Shown here piece by piece: positions 9,433-20,345 of a stretch of DNA of 64,000 nt. Below the pieces are notes generated by a model. That model was not told the origin of the DNA. It worked only from the letters and a program-made list of their open reading frames with translations, and did not search any database. How positions within the stretch are numbered: position 1 is the stretch's first letter; every line of letters starts with the position of its first letter. The stretch covers positions 1 to 64,000 of IMG/VR virus record IMGVR_UViG_3300025000_000053; one strand, given 5' to 3'. The translations under genes and the position numbers were made by a program.

Positions 9433-10206
9433 CTATATTTTAGATTTTGTTACATTGGATTTCTTAGCCTTAATTTTACTTATAGGTTTAATTTTATTAA
9501 TAGCTGATTTTTTTACTCCTGATATTTTATCAATAACATTTTTAATCTTACTTTCATTTTTTTTCTTTTCTATAGTTTCTTTCTTACGTTTAATTTCATT
9601 ATTAGCATTCTTTATCTCAATCTTGATTTGATTAATATCACGAATAGACTTATTCAAATCACCTTTATTTAATTTTTTAGAATGAGAATTAAGATAAGAT
9701 TTTGATAAATATTTATTTCTATTTATTAATATATGAAAACCAATAAAATATATTGATTTTTCAAAACTTATAATTTCTCCTGGATTTCTTATTACAGGAT
9801 TATTTTTAATAACATCATTACCAAATTTATTACTAAGAAAATCAATTAATAAATCAAACTGATTAAAAGCATATGCAAAAGTAAAAGTAAAACTTGGTGA
9901 ATTTGAAAAGAATCTAACAAAATAATGGTCTATTGTTACCTCTCTTTTAAAATCTTCATCTTCCATAGTAAATGATACTACTACATCATATGAGTTATTT
10001 CTTTCAGATTCACTATGTAAAATAAAATGAAGAAGATAATCGTCTTTATCTCTATAAATAGTTGGTTCATTAATTTTTTTATTCTTTATTAATGAATAGT
10101 ATCTTCTATTAAGGTCATCCTTAATAAGTTGTCTATTCGGAATTGCATTACTACCTTTACCCATGGGATTGTCGATAAAATCTTTTAATGTCTGTAGTAT
10201 GAACAA
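9433..10206 (-). CDS. Hypothetical protein with basic C-terminal tail
   Basis: 257-aa ORF between GroEL and the sigma-like gene. Confidence 0.75.
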   Translation of the reverse strand: MFILQTLKDFIDNPMGKGSNAIPNRQLIKDDLNRRYYSLIKNKKINEPTIYRDKDDYLLHFILHSESERNNSYDVVVSFTMEDEDFKREVTIDHYFVRFFSNSPSFTFTFAYAFNQFDLLIDFLSNKFGNDVIKNNPVIRNPGEIISFEKSIYFIGFHILINRNKYLSKSYLNSHSKKLNKGDLNKSIRDINQIKIEIKNANNEIKRKKETIEKKKNESKIKNVIDKISGVKKSAINKIKPISKIKAKKSNVTKSKI

Positions 10207-10292
10207 AAGATAATACCCCCTAAGTTAGTAATTTATAAAATCTTATCTAGGAATGGTTGCTATTAACAACCATTCCTTTAATACTTATATTT

Positions 10293-11987
10293 CTAATGTT
10301 CCCTGTTAGTAATCATAATAGATATATATTGGTTACTGGATAGCAATAAAGATATTATAGATGTTGCAGCTTTTAAAATTTCAACATCCGTTTGACAAGA
10401 ATTAATAATATCTTTAGATAAACACTCATTAACCAAATCCCAACAAATCTTTCCACTAATACATGACTCAATTAATAAGTCAATTGAAAAATTAGCTTTA
10501 CCCTTAAATTTATTATCCATCACTTTACTGAATACTTCAACAAAAGCTTTTCTTAATAATTTTAAAAACCTTTTTTCAGTATCATTAAAATCAGTACACT
10601 CATTTAATAATTCATCTATTACAATCGGTATAATTAAATTACCACCAATATTATATCCATATTTAAATGCTGATTCACATGCTTTTACAGCATCTTCAAC
10701 CAAATCATAATTAGCAGTTTTTTCTAATGAAGAGTTACCACCAACATTTATTACTCCCATTTTACAAGAAAGTTTAGATACTCTTTGTTTTAAGTCATAA
10801 ATTTGACTATTAACAATATTTAAATTTTGATTAGTTTCTTCAACTTCTTTAAGTTTAGCAAGAGCATCATTTAAATATATATCATATGTGGTTTGTTTTA
10901 AAGAATTAAAACCTTTAATAACAGTTGCTTTACTTCCAATTGAAATTTTATCAACTTGCCCAATAAAATATTTGAAATAATCATCTTCTTTATTTTCTAA
11001 ATCAAATAAAGTATTTTCACCAATTAACATACCACCAGTCAACATACAAAAATCATTATAAAATAATTGTTGTAAATTATTAAATAATCCAACCCTTGTA
11101 TAAACAGTTCTACTAGTTCCAGTTGATCTAAATTCTATATTTGCTGTTTGAGAAATAAATTTTAATAACATTTGGTCATAATGTGGAGCTATTACAACAA
11201 CCCTTCTATCAGTTTTAATACCTAAATCAATTACTTTAGATATAATTTTATCAAAATGTGTTTTTTCAAGTTTATGATCAAACATAACGATTAAGGGATT
11301 TTCAATTTCACATATTCCATTTTCATTTTCAGCATATATACTATCTAAATAAGTTATATTAGCTTTATAACCTTCAATAATCTCACATGAAGTTATATTT
11401 GTTTTTGAAGGAGAAAATTCAATACTTGGATTTTTTGTTTCTTTATATATTGTATGGATTATATCTGACAGGGTATTATCACCATTAGTTGAAATCATTG
11501 CCAATTGATAGATCTCTTGATAATCATTATCCTTGGTAATTTTAACCGAAGATTGTAATATTTTATCTGTAATCATTTTAACACAAACAGATAAAATGTT
11601 AATAAAATCCCTAGGTCTTATTTTTTTTAATTCTGTATCTGAATCTAAAAGATTCAATATTGAATTGGCAGCAACTATTGATGATGAACTACCATCACCA
11701 ACTTTAATTACAACTTGTGATGCTATATTGATTAATAATTGTTTAATATTATTATCAATATTATTATCAGAATTGATATTTTTTAATATTTGCCAACCAT
11801 CTTTAGTAATATGCATTTCTCCGAATTTCTCGATTATTGTATTAGACCCATATGGTCCTAAACTTTTTTGTACAGCAGATGAAACTTTATCAAAAATCAT
11901 ATGAATACGTTGTTTAAAATCATCTTCACTAATAATATTCCAATTATTTGTTTCCTCAAAAGTAACCATAACTTTTCCTACCTCCAT
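10293..11987 (-). CDS. groEL: Phage GroEL-like chaperonin
   Basis: SLGPYG, ITKDGW, VGDGSSS, VINVGG, VEDAVKA motifs; no GroES seen in window. Confidence 0.92.
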   Translation of the reverse strand: MEVGKVMVTFEETNNWNIISEDDFKQRIHMIFDKVSSAVQKSLGPYGSNTIIEKFGEMHITKDGWQILKNINSDNNIDNNIKQLLINIASQVVIKVGDGSSSSIVAANSILNLLDSDTELKKIRPRDFINILSVCVKMITDKILQSSVKITKDNDYQEIYQLAMISTNGDNTLSDIIHTIYKETKNPSIEFSPSKTNITSCEIIEGYKANITYLDSIYAENENGICEIENPLIVMFDHKLEKTHFDKIISKVIDLGIKTDRRVVVIAPHYDQMLLKFISQTANIEFRSTGTSRTVYTRVGLFNNLQQLFYNDFCMLTGGMLIGENTLFDLENKEDDYFKYFIGQVDKISIGSKATVIKGFNSLKQTTYDIYLNDALAKLKEVEETNQNLNIVNSQIYDLKQRVSKLSCKMGVINVGGNSSLEKTANYDLVEDAVKACESAFKYGYNIGGNLIIPIVIDELLNECTDFNDTEKRFLKLLRKAFVEVFSKVMDNKFKGKANFSIDLLIESCISGKICWDLVNECLSKDIINSCQTDVEILKAATSIISLLLSSNQYISIMITNREH

Positions 11988-12048
11988 TTTTATTCTTTTA
12001 GTCTTTAGAAATATGTTGTTTGTGTAGTTGTTTTTAATATTTTAGGGT

Positions 12049-12744
12049 CTATTTAAAATTATAAGGTGAAAATGTTGCAAATTTAAATATTTTTTCCATT
12101 ATAGAATCCTCTACATTAAATCTAGGTATAAGTATATTCTTTTCATCTAAAGTAAAATTATAACCGTAGTTCGCTACAATTATATTAGTATATTCAGATT
12201 TATTTAATTCTAATATAATACCTACATCTAAAATATTTCTAAGGATATAAGTAGTAACTCCTGATAATTTACTGATAACATTAAATAAATTTCCAGTAAT
12301 ATAATTAATTTTTTCCATATCCTTAAATTGAGTTTGTATATCTATATGAACTCTTTTATCATATTTATCTGTATGAATATAAATTTTTTCAGTAAACTTT
12401 TGTTTTAACATTACATGAATACTAGAACTTATTATCAAAGGTTCAGACAATATATACATATCATCATATTTATAAAATATATCATTTAACGATTTTTTAT
12501 AATCAAATTCTTTTTTAGATAGTTGATGAAATATATTTACTTTTCTACGCTGAATACAAAATTTAAGTAAATCAATCATATTTAATTTATCTATTAATGA
12601 AAAGTTAATAAAATTATCATACACATTTCTATATGTAGTTCTCATTTGATGTAAAATAAAAGGATAAGGGTTTTTAATAACTTCATCATAACAAATAAAA
12701 ATTATTTCTGGTCTTTTAACAAACTCGGTACTCATTTTAATCAT
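12049..12744 (-). CDS. Hypothetical protein
   Basis: 231-aa ORF. Confidence 0.75.
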   Translation of the reverse strand: MIKMSTEFVKRPEIIFICYDEVIKNPYPFILHQMRTTYRNVYDNFINFSLIDKLNMIDLLKFCIQRRKVNIFHQLSKKEFDYKKSLNDIFYKYDDMYILSEPLIISSSIHVMLKQKFTEKIYIHTDKYDKRVHIDIQTQFKDMEKINYITGNLFNVISKLSGVTTYILRNILDVGIILELNKSEYTNIIVANYGYNFTLDEKNILIPRFNVEDSIMEKIFKFATFSPYNFK

Positions 12745-12808
12745 CCTTTTTATCTTAAAATATAAAAAAAGAATATAATGAAAAAATCATTATATTCTTT
12801 TAATAATT

Positions 12809-13588
12809 TTACATAAATTGATCAATACTTTCTAAGTTTTCTATATTACTAATGTCATTAGTTTCATTATTTGGTGGTGTAGAATTACTGTTAGAAAAGA
12901 CATTGCTTTGTTTTCCATAAGTGCGTCCTTCAATCCCATGTTTCTTTCCAATACCTTCAAGATATTTCATAGAAGCATCTCTATATCCTTTATCTGCATA
13001 CCTAATGGAATGTGCAGCTCCATTTGATATAGAGTCTCTACTACTTTTTAACAATTTCATAAAAGTAAGTAATTCAGAATGAAGACCAGAAGTAATCTCA
13101 AAGGTTCCTTCCTCTTCATTATAATCATCAACCCTATAAGACCTGTTAAATTCATAACAGATACTCATCTCAGGTTTTTTTGTTTCTTCATTTAGATTTT
13201 TATATATACCAACATATGGTCTATTACTACCAATTTTGTTATTTCCTGTTGCAATAACAAATAAAGAACTTGCACCAACAGGAACACCAATAGATTTAAT
13301 TTTATTGTCTTTAAGGGCAGGAAGAAGTATTTCTACAAAATCATTAATAAGAATTGTTACTTTTTCAGCTGTAAGTGCTGTTGAAACAGTTGTTTCATAA
13401 TCAAATACTTTAGACTCAGTCTGTTTATTTTTATCTAAAGCTGGATTTATTTTAATAGAAATGAATTCATTCCAGAATCCAAATGACAAAGCAGATGGAT
13501 CAAATCCCTCTTTATTTCTAAATTGAATACTTCTAGTATTAACATTAACAACATTTTTTGAATTATTTTGGGAATTGTTAGTAAACAT
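12809..13588 (-). CDS. Hypothetical protein, possibly ssDNA-binding
   Basis: Low-complexity tail ending acidic/hydrophobic (ENLESIDQFM); near polymerase gene; function is inference. Confidence 0.45.
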   Translation of the reverse strand: MFTNNSQNNSKNVVNVNTRSIQFRNKEGFDPSALSFGFWNEFISIKINPALDKNKQTESKVFDYETTVSTALTAEKVTILINDFVEILLPALKDNKIKSIGVPVGASSLFVIATGNNKIGSNRPYVGIYKNLNEETKKPEMSICYEFNRSYRVDDYNEEEGTFEITSGLHSELLTFMKLLKSSRDSISNGAAHSIRYADKGYRDASMKYLEGIGKKHGIEGRTYGKQSNVFSNSNSTPPNNETNDISNIENLESIDQFM

Positions 13589-13641
13589 GTTTTAACCTCC
13601 AATAATTTTATTTATAATAAAGTTCATTATGTTTTTAATTA

Positions 13642-14055
13642 TTAATTTATGATAAAATGTTTAAGCCAGTTACTTTCTTTAGGGTTTCTTAATAAATTAT
13701 TAATAATTGAATATATTGTATATTTCCTACCATTTTTATTAACTCTTTCAAAAGTAAAAATATCTTCATTAGAAAAATCCGGAGTTTTACCAAAAAATCT
13801 ATATATTTCTTTTAAAAATCTTTTTGCTTTCTTTTTTAATAATAAAAATTCTTTACGTGAACAACTAGAACCTAATGTACTTTTTTTTCTATTACCCTGT
13901 AAAACAATAGTTTTAGCCAATTTATATATAAATTGGCTCAGTCTTTTTTTCATATTATTAAAAACATCAACTAAACCATTTGAAAATTTTATTAATACTT
14001 CTTTGAGACTATTAGTAACCTCATTTAATACTTTTGAATCAATATTTAATTTCAT
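13642..14055 (-). CDS. Hypothetical protein
   Basis: 137-aa ORF with AGGAGG RBS. Confidence 0.75.
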   Translation of the reverse strand: MKLNIDSKVLNEVTNSLKEVLIKFSNGLVDVFNNMKKRLSQFIYKLAKTIVLQGNRKKSTLGSSCSRKEFLLLKKKAKRFLKEIYRFFGKTPDFSNEDIFTFERVNKNGRKYTIYSIINNLLRNPKESNWLKHFIIN

Positions 14056-14067
14056 ATTATTATCCTC

Positions 14068-15936
14068 CTATATACGAAGTATATTACTATAGTATTCATC
14101 TTCAGTTGTTTTAATAGTTGCAATACCCAAACTATCTAATACCCCATGGAACGTAGATAAGTTATTATTAATAATAGTATTATAATCAATAAACGGTATA
14201 ATCCAATTTGGTATTTTAGGTACATTTCTAGGTAAACCTATAACTTTAACTCCTTTCTCTTTTATTTTCTTATCACTATTATTATATATATTTTCAATAA
14301 TTCTTTCATATATTTCAGGTTCAGATTGTTTTATTCTTTCAATAGAATCTTCATCCATATTAACTTTAATGATGTCAATATGTTCAGGTAATTCTATTGC
14401 ATTATCAGGATAGGTATAATTCCATGCTATTACAGCTCGAACACCCATTTCTCTTAATGGATCTTTGTATGCTCCTAATTCTTTTACTAATTTAGGAATT
14501 AAGAAATCTTTTTGTCCTGATTCTAATGATACTCTAATCATATTTTCTAATTTTTCTAATTCTTTTAAAATATTTGAAATATTAATTTCTTCCGTTGATA
14601 ATAATTGTTCTTTAATAAGATTTTTAAAGAATTTTTCTGTTGCTTCTTTAGTTGATGATTTAACAAAATCTAAACCCTTAATATCAACTTTTTCAGGATA
14701 TATCTCATCACCTTCTCTTAATCTAACACTACTTATATACCTTTTCTTTTTTTGTGTTAGAATAATTCTAGAGAATAAAAATTCATTTTTCATATTTATT
14801 TTATGTCTATATCTTTTAGGTATATTGGCATCTTTTGTATACTTCTTTAAAACGTTAGTAATCATATTAGTTATTATATAAGCTAATATATTAATAGATA
14901 TAAATTTTAATTCAGTTTTATCCCTATTTATTAACTTATCATTAACATTAATAATATCATGTCTAATAAATTTAACCCATTTATCAATAGTCATTATTGT
15001 AGAGTCTGTATCTGAACCAACTACAGTTTTTCTTTCATCATATTTCAATCGTTTTATTCTATTATATGGAGAAAAATTAAAGAAAACAAACTCTTTATAT
15101 AATTTCCATAGTAATTCTAAATCATCTTTTACATTTTTAGGTATTTCATTGGGATTTTTAAATGTATCAATACTTTCTATAATATAAGATAACATATTTC
15201 TTATTTTTCTTAATTTTGAAAATTTAAGTAAGTTATTCTTATAATAAATTCTATTAATATCTTTTTGACTTAAAGTTGATAAATAATTTAAAATAAAATA
15301 ATTGTATTCTTCTTTATAGTTAAAGAATTTTTTCTTTAAATATTTCATTAATTGTTTTAAACTAATATTTTCTAAAAAGTTATCATTAAAATTTCTTTTT
15401 TCTTTAATAACATTAGATAAGAAAAACATACATTCTTCTAAATTATTAAATGGAGCGTTATTTTCTAAAAAAGTTTCAAAACCCATCTCAGCTGTACTAA
15501 TTAAAGATTGGCCGGAACTTGTGATCGCACTTGCAATATATAGATTATAAAAATTTGATGTAGAGGTTCCACTTGCTCCATAAAACGAATTTGCTGCCGT
15601 TTTCTCATTTCCTTGTAATCTATCAAAAGTACCATATTCATAATCATCTTTTTTATACTTTTTTAATTGATTTTTATATTCTTTCCTTAAAGACATAAAG
15701 TTTTCTAACATAACAGCCGCTGGATTTAATGACTCATCCTGATTTTTAAAAAATACACCAAAACCAGAAACTATAGGTTTAGTTTTTTTAACCCAATCAT
15801 AAACTGATATTAAATCAACATTAATAGATTTATGAATATAGTTATTATGAAGAATAGCTTTAGGATTGATTATATTTTTATCTATTATTTTATCTAAAAC
15901 TTTCGATATTTGTTTATCTGTTAATTCAGGATACAT
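14068..15936 (-). CDS. polB: Family B DNA polymerase, C-terminal subunit (motifs B and C); true start may be ATA 16005 or ATT 16011
   Basis: KTAANSFYG, GSDTDS, KKKRY, KGLDFVKS; lacks exonuclease and motif A. Confidence 0.88.
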   Translation of the reverse strand: MYPELTDKQISKVLDKIIDKNIINPKAILHNNYIHKSINVDLISVYDWVKKTKPIVSGFGVFFKNQDESLNPAAVMLENFMSLRKEYKNQLKKYKKDDYEYGTFDRLQGNEKTAANSFYGASGTSTSNFYNLYIASAITSSGQSLISTAEMGFETFLENNAPFNNLEECMFFLSNVIKEKRNFNDNFLENISLKQLMKYLKKKFFNYKEEYNYFILNYLSTLSQKDINRIYYKNNLLKFSKLRKIRNMLSYIIESIDTFKNPNEIPKNVKDDLELLWKLYKEFVFFNFSPYNRIKRLKYDERKTVVGSDTDSTIMTIDKWVKFIRHDIINVNDKLINRDKTELKFISINILAYIITNMITNVLKKYTKDANIPKRYRHKINMKNEFLFSRIILTQKKKRYISSVRLREGDEIYPEKVDIKGLDFVKSSTKEATEKFFKNLIKEQLLSTEEINISNILKELEKLENMIRVSLESGQKDFLIPKLVKELGAYKDPLREMGVRAVIAWNYTYPDNAIELPEHIDIIKVNMDEDSIERIKQSEPEIYERIIENIYNNSDKKIKEKGVKVIGLPRNVPKIPNWIIPFIDYNTIINNNLSTFHGVLDSLGIATIKTTEDEYYSNILRI

Positions 15937-16131
15937 TCGTTTAAATATTTCTATATTATTATCTTTCCAATCTTTTATAAATAAACTTTTATCTATTTTA
16001 GATATATTAATAACCTCCTTATCATAAATTTTAATAAAGAATTAATATTTTGTTATTTGAATTCTTATTTTTTATTTTAATTGAAAAATTGCCTATAGAA
16101 CAATTAATTAAAAAATTGACATTGAAAGGTT

Positions 16132-16596
16132 GTGTTGTTTGTGTTATTTAATAAAAATGGAAAATCTGATAGTTTTAATGAAGATTTAACTTCAGATTCG
16201 TTGTCTTTAATTGTTGAAAATATGTTAAAAGAAGAATTGAGTAAAGAAGAATTAGAGGCTTTTTTAGAAGATTCATCTGAAGTTAATTCAGCTATGCGGG
16301 ATGATATATTACTTGAAAGAACTATTGTTAGAATGGATAAGTATGCGAAATTAAATAGAAATCAAAAAATAGCAGTATTCACTATTGCTAAAGAAAGAAA
16401 AGATCCTAAATTCAAAAAACTATTAACTATTTGGAGAATTGAAAGATTCTTAGAAGCTGAACTTATGAAGAAATATGGTAATGAAGGTATGCGTCGGGCT
16501 AAAGCTGGTTTAAATAAAGCCAGAACCTCAACCTCTAAAGTCGTTAAAAATATTGCTACTAAAGTTCATACACAATTTAATAGTGGGCTTAAATAA
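16132..16596 (+). CDS. Hypothetical late (probably virion) protein
   Basis: Late motif at 16099-16110, terminator 16600-16640. Confidence 0.65.
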   Translation: MLFVLFNKNGKSDSFNEDLTSDSLSLIVENMLKEELSKEELEAFLEDSSEVNSAMRDDILLERTIVRMDKYAKLNRNQKIAVFTIAKERKDPKFKKLLTIWRIERFLEAELMKKYGNEGMRRAKAGLNKARTSTSKVVKNIATKVHTQFNSGLK

Positions 16597-16657
16597 TTAA
16601 AATAATACTAGATGAATATTCATCTAGTATTATTTTTTTATGTTCCGTTGATAAAAA

Positions 16658-16667
16658 TATATATTAT
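16658..16667 (+). promoter_or_regulatory. Early-type promoter TATATATTAT upstream of nvRNAP beta-prime (representative of ~14 sites)
   Basis: Same 10-mer upstream of accessory genes and the sigma-like gene, on the coding strand. Confidence 0.65.
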
Positions 16668-16720
16668 TAATAGAGAAAAAACAAATAAATAATTTATACT
16701 AAAGAAAGGTGTGACTGTAT

Positions 16721-17520
16721 TTGGAAAATAACATAAAAGAAATTATTGATTTATTAAGTAAAAGGGTATTTATTATTTCTGATATTATGGAAAGTAGGGA
16801 AACATTCAATGAGAATCTTGAAAACATTTATGACTATTTAAAACAAGGTTTCGAAATTAAAGAATTAAGAACTTGTCCAACCTATTTTAGATTTAAAGAA
16901 ACAACTGAAATTCATGCTTTACAATTAAGACATTTCCTTACCAATTTAATGTTTTGGGAACCATTGATGAGACTTGATGTTTCAGATAAATTAGATGAAA
17001 CTTATATAATTGATTGTACTAAAATGTCAACTAAGTTAATTAAGAATTATATAGATAATAAAATTGTTATACCATATAAAAGGATAGTTAATAATAAGAA
17101 AATGAATAAAGTTATTCATGATATGATTTATAATTTATCAAGAATATCAACAGATTTCAATATTATACTTGGTATGAGTATTAATATTGAAACCTTTATT
17201 GATGTTGCTAAAAGAAATCCAAGATTTAATGAAATTATTAGAACACAGTTGGATGAAAATATGCAACCAACTGAGATTGAAGAATATCTAGATAAATTAA
17301 TGCATGAACAAATAGAGATACTAAAAAATGATGAAAAAGATAATTTATTAAAACCAATACTTAAAGCAGGTGCAGGTATAAAAAGTAAACAATTAGCAGA
17401 GTTCTCAATTTCAGGCGGGTTAAAACCGAATCTCAGTGGTACTACAATACCTATCCCAATTAATACTAATTATGTAGTCGGTGGACTAAGAAATATATCT
17501 AATTATTATATAGATTCCCT
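16721..17520 (+). CDS. RNAP beta-prime C-terminal subunit (probably non-virion), exon 1; join(16721..17520,18695..19901), 668 aa
   Basis: GGLKPNLSG..PINTNYVVGGL..YYIDSL joins GGRKSL..NSGHFAR, the bridge-helix region; early motif at 16658. Confidence 0.88.
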
Positions 17521-18694
17521 AAATTACATTGGGGCTTAGTATAGTAATATACTTCGAACAACTTCTTTAATTGTCGGGGAAGCTCTAAGAGCCTAAAACT
17601 ACCAAGCTATAATAGTGATATTATGGTGGCTTAATCTAATCAATTAAGATACGGTAACAAGGTTTTAGGATTGAGTAATCCGCAGCTAAGATTCTTTACC
17701 TTAATAAAAAAATTAGAATAAAAAATATTGGGTTGAAATTGGAGGTGAAGTAATGAATGATAAATATTATGCTCGAAAAATGTTAATAATAATTAGACTT
17801 AAACCTACAATTTATAGAACTATTTATATTAATAATAATCCTACTAGGTATGAAGTTAGTAATTACGGTGATATTAGAAATAGTAAAACTAATTTGATTA
17901 TGAGACCTACTACTGATAATAAAGGATATATGAGGATTTGTTTAACTATTAATGGTAAAAAGATTACAAAAAAAATTCATAGATTAGTAGCAGAATGTTT
18001 TATTCATAAAAAATATAGTTTTCAAAATCAAGTTAATCATAAAAATAGGATTAGAAATGATAATTATGTATGTAATTTAGAATGGGTTACAGCTAAACAA
18101 AATCAGGAACATTCATATTTAGTTGGAGGACCAAGAAAAGTTAAAAAAGGTGAAAAGATGTTTAACGCTAAACACTATGAAATAGATATAATAAAAGTAT
18201 GTGAACTTTTAGAAAGAAAATTTAAATCAAAAGTAATTAATGAAATAACTGGTGTAAATAAACATGTTATAAATAAAATAAAAGAAGGTAAACTCTGGAA
18301 ACATATTTCAAAAGACTTTAATATACCTAGTCCTCGACAAAAAGAAATATATAGCTATAAATTAAAAGAAAGAATAAAAGAATTACTAATATTAAAACAT
18401 ACTTCAACCCAAATAATTAATATTTTAGATTTAGAATATAGTCAACCATATTATTCTTTAATCTTCAATATTAAGAATAAAATGAAAAAAGGTAAAGAAT
18501 AAAGTTCAACGACTATCCTTTAGCTTTGAAATAAGCATTAGGAGTAGGGCTCAAGTGAGTGGGTGAAAATCCCTTAAATCGAAATAGGAAGCATCTTTAA
18601 TAATAAAGATGATGATATAGTCTGGTATCCTAAGGAAAGCTTAGGGAAGTTCATAGGAGAACTGTATAGACTAACAATCTATATGAACTTTACG
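17521..18694 (+). mobile_element. Group I intron 2 (1174 nt) with HNH endonuclease ORF in P6
   Basis: P1 CCCU|AA..UUGGGG with U.G pair; conserved core; terminal G 18694; splicing restores CT|A Leu codon and frame. Confidence 0.93.
17753..18502 (+). CDS. Intron-encoded NUMOD4-HNH homing endonuclease (I-HmuI-like)
   Basis: YEVSNYG, IHRLVAECFI, VNHKN..N...NLEWVT; GGAGGTG RBS. Confidence 0.92.
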   Translation: MNDKYYARKMLIIIRLKPTIYRTIYINNNPTRYEVSNYGDIRNSKTNLIMRPTTDNKGYMRICLTINGKKITKKIHRLVAECFIHKKYSFQNQVNHKNRIRNDNYVCNLEWVTAKQNQEHSYLVGGPRKVKKGEKMFNAKHYEIDIIKVCELLERKFKSKVINEITGVNKHVINKIKEGKLWKHISKDFNIPSPRQKEIYSYKLKERIKELLILKHTSTQIINILDLEYSQPYYSLIFNIKNKMKKGKE

Positions 18695-19901
18695 AGGTGG
18701 AAGAAAATCTTTAATTATGAGTAAACTTGAGATGGGGAATTCTGGACATTTCGCAAGAATGGTCATGTTACTTGTTTCAAGTATTAATTTATCAAAAACT
18801 GTTGATTCATGTAATAGTGTACATCCAATAAAAATTGAACTATCTTCTAAAGAACATTTGATAAGAATGAGAGGTAGATATTACAGGACTATGTATTCTA
18901 GGAATTATCAATTGTTACGAGGAGATGAATATAATTTAATTAATGAAACTATTTTTGTTAAATCGCCTGCTACATGTGCATGTAAAGATGGTATATGTAA
19001 AATGTGTTATGGTGATTTATCTTATATAAATAAAGATATTACTATAGGTGCATTTGCTGGTACAAAAATTACTGAACCCGTATCACAAAATATTCTATCA
19101 TCTAAACACTTATTAACAACTAAATCACAAAAAATAGAATTCAATGAAGAATTCTATAAGTTTTTTAATATAAGTGGTAATGAAATCATTATTAATTCAA
19201 ATGAAGATAATGATGATTTAGATTTAGATGATTATACCTTACTTATAATTAAAAGTAATATTAAAACAATAGCAGATTATGATGATAATGATATGGAATT
19301 TAATGAATATGTAAATCTATTCCATGTATATAATAAGAAAACTGATGAAATGATAGAAATAAAAGAAACTGAAGAAAAAGATTTATATATATCTCCTGAA
19401 TTAAGAAAATTATTTAAGAAAAAAAGTAAGAAAGAAGTTTATGAGATTGATTTTAAAACTCTTGATGATGATAATAGAATATTCGTTATAGAAGTACTTA
19501 ATAATGAATTAACTAGACCTCTGTATGATATTATAAGGTTAATTGATAGAGTTGATTATAGAATCATACATTGGAACTGTGTAACAATTGATCAAATGTG
19601 TCAAAAGATGTTAGACTTAATAATAGAGTCTGAAATTAATTCAGATTCAGTTCATGGTGAATTAATACTAACACCATTACTAAGAGATAAAGACAATATA
19701 TTAGAAAGACCTAAATTCAACAGATATTTTAATAATGATGATGGATATCAAATATTAACAGTTAAAGCTGCTTTAGAGAAACATCCATCAGTATTAGTTG
19801 GCTTATCATTCCAAGCACTTGATAGACAATTAACAAACCCATTAACATTTAGAAAGAAAGAAAGTTCATTTATTGATCCTTTCTTTAAAGAAAGACCATA
19901 A
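18695..19901 (+). CDS. RNAP beta-prime C-terminal subunit, exon 2
   Basis: Zn site CACKDGICKMCYG; trigger-loop GAFAGTKITEPVSQNILSSKH; SVLVGLSFQ. Confidence 0.88.
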
Positions 19902-19924
19902 AAAATAAAAGGAGTTGTTTTGTA

Positions 19925-20344
19925 ATGGAAAACCTTAAGATAAAATTAAAATATAAAATAGGAGAACCTGATAATAATTTATTAATTAGTAAAGAAATTT
20001 GGAATAAATCTTTAGATAAACTTAAAGAATTAATAGAAAGAAATTCCTTATTAGTTACTTTAGGTAAAGAAGAACCATTATTTACGGATTTTTTCAAAGC
20101 TATTGGTAGAATAAAAGAGATAAATGATGAATATGCTATTATTGAATTAATTAAAGATGTCAATAGTACTAAAAATACTATTGACATTATCGGAATTGAT
20201 AATTTGAGATTGAATTTTAATGCTTGGTGTAAATATGATAAAATAGATAATTTAAAGGTTGTTACTAGACTTACCTTAGGAACTTTTTATATAGATTATT
20301 GTTCAACACCAAGTCATACTAAAAATAAAAGAGGAGCTGTATAA
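19925..20344 (+). CDS. Hypothetical protein
   Basis: 139-aa ORF with AGGAG RBS. Confidence 0.75.
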   Translation: MENLKIKLKYKIGEPDNNLLISKEIWNKSLDKLKELIERNSLLVTLGKEEPLFTDFFKAIGRIKEINDEYAIIELIKDVNSTKNTIDIIGIDNLRLNFNAWCKYDKIDNLKVVTRLTLGTFYIDYCSTPSHTKNKRGAV

Positions 20345-20345
20345 T

